From assembly GCA_022574775.1 (NCBI GenBank), contig JACZRI010000001.1, positions 95,631 through 159,630 of the forward strand: a DNA stretch of 64,000 bases, in the 5' to 3' direction. The position numbers and the translations under genes are program-made. Source of the DNA: Patescibacteria group bacterium (GTDB lineage Bacteria > Patescibacteriota > Minisyncoccia > Minisyncoccales > RBG-13-36-15). Below are positions 61,214 through 64,000 of this stretch, piece by piece; positions within the stretch are counted from its first letter, which is position 1, and every line of letters begins with the position of its first letter. The notes under the pieces are model-generated. The model saw only the letters and a list, made by a program, of their open reading frames with translations. It ran no database searches and had not been told where the DNA came from.

Positions 61214-62206
61214 CCGCTAAAGGCGAGGCTCGCCAAAGGCGGCAGACTTCAAAGGGGTGTCGCTATTTATTTAGCTGTAATTGTGATGTTCGTTTTGCTT
61301 GGCATTGGTTTGGGATTGAGCACTCTTTTGGTCGGCAAGATAAAATCAATAGAGAGAGTAGGCAATTCGGTTACTGCTTTTTATGCTGCGGACACCGGCA
61401 TTGAAAGGGAACTGTTTGAAGTCAGGATTTTTCCAGGAACGGCAAAGACACTAGGCGCAAGCTATTCTGGTTTTCTTGATATAGACGGTGGAGGGGCTCC
61501 GACAGCAGGAGTTTGTCCTGATGCTTTAGAGCCATCATATCTTGGTGATGCGTGCTATAAAGTTACTATTACTTCTGATTCTCCATACACAGTAGAATCT
61601 ATTGGTATCTATAAAGGAGTGCGAAGAGCGGTTGAGGTTAATTGGTCTCTTGCTGGGCCTCCTGTTGATCCCTGCAAAACGCCAGCCGAATATACGGTAT
61701 TTGTAAGCAGTGTTGGGTATACCGGTGGTGAACTTGGGCCAAGCGGTGGTGTTACTGATGGCTTATGCCAGAGCTTGGCTGAAAACGCGACTCCTCCTCT
61801 TCCGGGTCAATATACAGCTTGGGTTTCTTTTAGTGGCACTGACGAGCCCCGCGATCCACCGAGAGGACTTAGTGTTTGCGCAGCAGAGGGGGCAAATAGC
61901 GCAAGCTGGCATTTGCCAGACGGTACTCTGATCGCAAATGACTGGGTTGACCTAACTGACGGCACTATAGCCGCAGCAATCAGTCAAGACGAAATCAGCG
62001 GTACTGTTTTAATAGCTACATGGACGGGTACAGATGAGTTCGGGAGCTTCTTAACCCCAAACTGTGTGTCGTGGACTAGTAGTGGATCCAGTGATTCTGG
62101 CTGGTTTGGGTTCACGAACCAGACTGACTTAAAATGGACGAAATGGACCTCGGGAGCCTCGTGCGACAATCCTTTGCGTATCTACTGTTTCCAGCACAGC
62201 GAATAG
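61124..62206 (+). CDS. PilX-like minor pilin fused to a Cys-containing C-terminal domain of possible endostatin/DUF1554 (C-type-lectin-fold) type
   Basis: RG-VAIYLAVIVMFVLLGIGLGLSTLL..AFYAADTGIERELF (PilX-N-like). The C-terminus runs TVFVSS..TGGELG..DGLCQ..YTAWVS...ATWTGTD..G....CVSWTS......CDNPLRIYCFQ. The only in-frame start lies in repeat B. Confidence 0.65.
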   Translation: MKYEEIKKIKKFEVRSTKKRNFSNLYTSYFPLKARLAKGGRLQRGVAIYLAVIVMFVLLGIGLGLSTLLVGKIKSIERVGNSVTAFYAADTGIERELFEVRIFPGTAKTLGASYSGFLDIDGGGAPTAGVCPDALEPSYLGDACYKVTITSDSPYTVESIGIYKGVRRAVEVNWSLAGPPVDPCKTPAEYTVFVSSVGYTGGELGPSGGVTDGLCQSLAENATPPLPGQYTAWVSFSGTDEPRDPPRGLSVCAAEGANSASWHLPDGTLIANDWVDLTDGTIAAAISQDEISGTVLIATWTGTDEFGSFLTPNCVSWTSSGSSDSGWFGFTNQTDLKWTKWTSGASCDNPLRIYCFQHSE

Positions 62207-62283
62207 CAGGAATTGACTATCTTTCATTATTATAATACAGCCCTGTAAGGTTTTTTAGTAAGAAGATGTTTTTATGGATGATA

Positions 62284-62317
62284 AAAAAATCGGAAGTTCA
62301 CCCTCCGATTTTTTTGA
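62284..62317 (+). terminator. Terminator closing T4P locus 2
   Basis: aaaaaaatcgga-agttcaccc-tccgattttttt. Confidence 0.7.
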
Positions 62318-62342
62318 TTATAATTACATCTCTGGCTATAAT
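62314..62342 (+). promoter_or_regulatory. Promoter candidate for ligA
   Basis: TTGATT, 17 nt, TATAAT, then taaggaagggt before ATG 62354. Confidence 0.45.
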
Positions 62343-62353
62343 TAAGGAAGGGT

Positions 62354-64000
62354 ATGACGAGATTTGAAGCCAAAAAAAGAATTGAAAAACTGAAAAATCT
62401 TATCAATCATCATCGTTATCTTTATCACGTCCTGGACCGCCAAGAGATTTCAGATGCCGCCTTAGATTCCTTGAAAAAGGAACTTTTTGATTTGGAGCGA
62501 AAATACCCTGAATTTATTACTCTTGATTCTCCCAGCCAAAGGGTTGGAGGGAAACCTTTGGAAAAATTTGAAAAAATAAGACATCCCCGGCCAATGTTAT
62601 CTTTTAACGATGCCTTCTCGGAAAATGATGTTAAAGACTGGTTAGAGAGAATTGGGAAGCTATTAAACGAAGAAGAAAAAAAGAAAATAGATTTTTTTTG
62701 CGAGCTTAAAATTGACGGTTTGGCTATTGAACTAACTTATAAAAATGGGATTTTGAAAACGGGATCTACGAGAGGAGATGGGATAATCGGCGAAGACGTC
62801 ACCCAAAATCTCAAGACAATTGAAGCTATTCCCTTAAAACTACGCGCCCCACACCACTTTTTAAAAGAAGAAAGAAAGATATTTAATCTGACAAGATTGG
62901 AAAAAAGTGGTGGGGGGTTGGTTGTTCGTGGAGAGTTATTTCTTTCAAAGAAAGGATTTGAGAGATTAAACAAAGAGCGGCAAAAGAAAGGATTGCCTCT
63001 TTATGCCAATCCGAGAAATGTGGCGGCAGGGTCTATTCGGCAATTGGATCCTAAAATAACAGCCAAGAGACACCTTGACTTTTTTGCCTACGATTTAATT
63101 ACTGATTTTGGTCAAGAAACTCATAAACAAGAGCACGAGATTTTAAAAACTTTTGGTTTTAAGATTAATCCCCATAATAAATATTGCAAAGATCTGGCAG
63201 AGGTTTTTGAATTTCATAAATTATGGCAAAAAGAGAGAGCAAAATTGGATTATGAAATTGATGGAATAGTCGTGATTGTGAATTCAAATAAAATTTTCGA
63301 GAAATTAGGAATAGTAGGCAAAACTCCAAGAGGCTCAATAGCATTCAAATTTGCCTTAAAACAAGCCACTACTAAAGTTGAAGACATCAAAATTCAAATT
63401 GGGAGGACGGGAGCTTTAACCCCAGTTGCTTACTTAAAATCTGTGAAAGTTTCAGGAGTGATTATTTCAAGAGCCACCTTGCACAATGAAGATGAAATCA
63501 AAAAATTGGGAGTGAAAATTGGCGACACTGTTATCGTAGGTCGAGCTGGAGATGTTATTCCAGATATAATCAAGGTTTTGCCAGAATTACGGACAGGTAA
63601 AGAGAGGGTATTTCATATGCCCAAAAAGTGCCCGGCGTGTGGAACAAAGGTGGGAAAAATTGAAGGAGAGGTTATATCACGTTGTGAAAATCCCAAATGT
63701 TTTGCCCAACAAAAAAAATATTTTTACCATTTTTTTTCAAAAGGAGCTTTTGATATTATTGGCTTAGGACCGAAAATTGTGGACCGTTTAATTGAAAAAG
63801 CTTTAATTTCAGATTCTGCTGACCTTTTTGAGTTAAAGGAAGGAGATTTGATTCTTTTAGAAAGATTTGCCGAGAAATCAGCCCAAAATTTAATTAAGGC
63901 AATTCAATCCCGAAAAAAAATTACTTTAGCAAGATTTATTTATGCTTTAGGAATTCGGAACGTGGGAGAGAAAACAGCTTTTGATTTAGCTAAAAGCTTT
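62354..64000 (+). CDS. ligA: NAD-dependent DNA ligase LigA (3' end beyond the window)
   Basis: MTRFEAKKRIEKLKNLINHHRYLYHVLD.., adenylation motif CELKIDGLA, OB and zinc-finger region (CPACG). Frame open to nt 64000. Absent from the ORF track because no stop lies in the window. Confidence 0.9.
   Translation, partial: MTRFEAKKRIEKLKNLINHHRYLYHVLDRQEISDAALDSLKKELFDLERKYPEFITLDSPSQRVGGKPLEKFEKIRHPRPMLSFNDAFSENDVKDWLERIGKLLNEEEKKKIDFFCELKIDGLAIELTYKNGILKTGSTRGDGIIGEDVTQNLKTIEAIPLKLRAPHHFLKEERKIFNLTRLEKSGGGLVVRGELFLSKKGFERLNKERQKKGLPLYANPRNVAAGSIRQLDPKITAKRHLDFFAYDLITDFGQETHKQEHEILKTFGFKINPHNKYCKDLAEVFEFHKLWQKERAKLDYEIDGIVVIVNSNKIFEKLGIVGKTPRGSIAFKFALKQATTKVEDIKIQIGRTGALTPVAYLKSVKVSGVIISRATLHNEDEIKKLGVKIGDTVIVGRAGDVIPDIIKVLPELRTGKERVFHMPKKCPACGTKVGKIEGEVISRCENPKCFAQQKKYFYHFFSKGAFDIIGLGPKIVDRLIEKALISDSADLFELKEGDLILLERFAEKSAQNLIKAIQSRKKITLARFIYALGIRNVGEKTAFDLAKSF

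Overview
AT-rich window (about one third G+C by eye), standard genetic code since TGA is used as a stop. It is gene-dense and looks like a reduced-genome Patescibacteria/CPR-type bacterium. That assignment is inference, based on short housekeeping proteins such as a 699-aa ValRS and a ~520-aa IF-2, no outer-membrane pilus parts, TrbC/VirB2-like mini-pilins, few Shine-Dalgarno sites and many tRNAs. I support 62 protein-coding genes and 20 hand-folded tRNA genes. Housekeeping genes are rny, infB, rbfA, rplS, ftsH, an S1 protein, gyrA, valS, recG, ligA (3' partial), htrA-like and ndh. Two separate type IV pilus (T4P) loci sit at 3.9-15.1 kb and 47.9-62.2 kb, with a tandem pair of TrbC/VirB2-like pilins next to a PMT-type glycosyltransferase. 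The main non-genic signal is at least six families of short palindromic repeats filling the intergenic gaps. Family A is a periodic AAACAT/ATGTTTAA hairpin whose ATG-bearing arm runs into the start codon of T4P genes (8 of 9 copies lie in the two T4P loci). Family B is a GAAGTAC/CTTCAGA hairpin with one in-frame copy inside gyrA and two copies supplying the 5' ends of minor-pilin ORFs. A REP family comes with its RAYT (IS200-like Y1) transposase between two paralogous pilin genes, including a perfect REP in-frame inside the RAYT gene. Other items: a compositionally foreign insert (NYN-domain gene plus a ~50% G+C 454-aa orphan) between the S1 gene and ftsH; a tRNA-Ile(UAU) nested between matching tRNA-half fragments; a pilin with a Cys-rich dockerin-like tail; and a PilX-like minor pilin with a possible endostatin/DUF1554-like C-terminus. 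No rRNA or CRISPR array was seen. Everything is by-eye work, so repeat and hairpin coordinates are +/- a few nt, and all domain calls rest on motifs, not searches.
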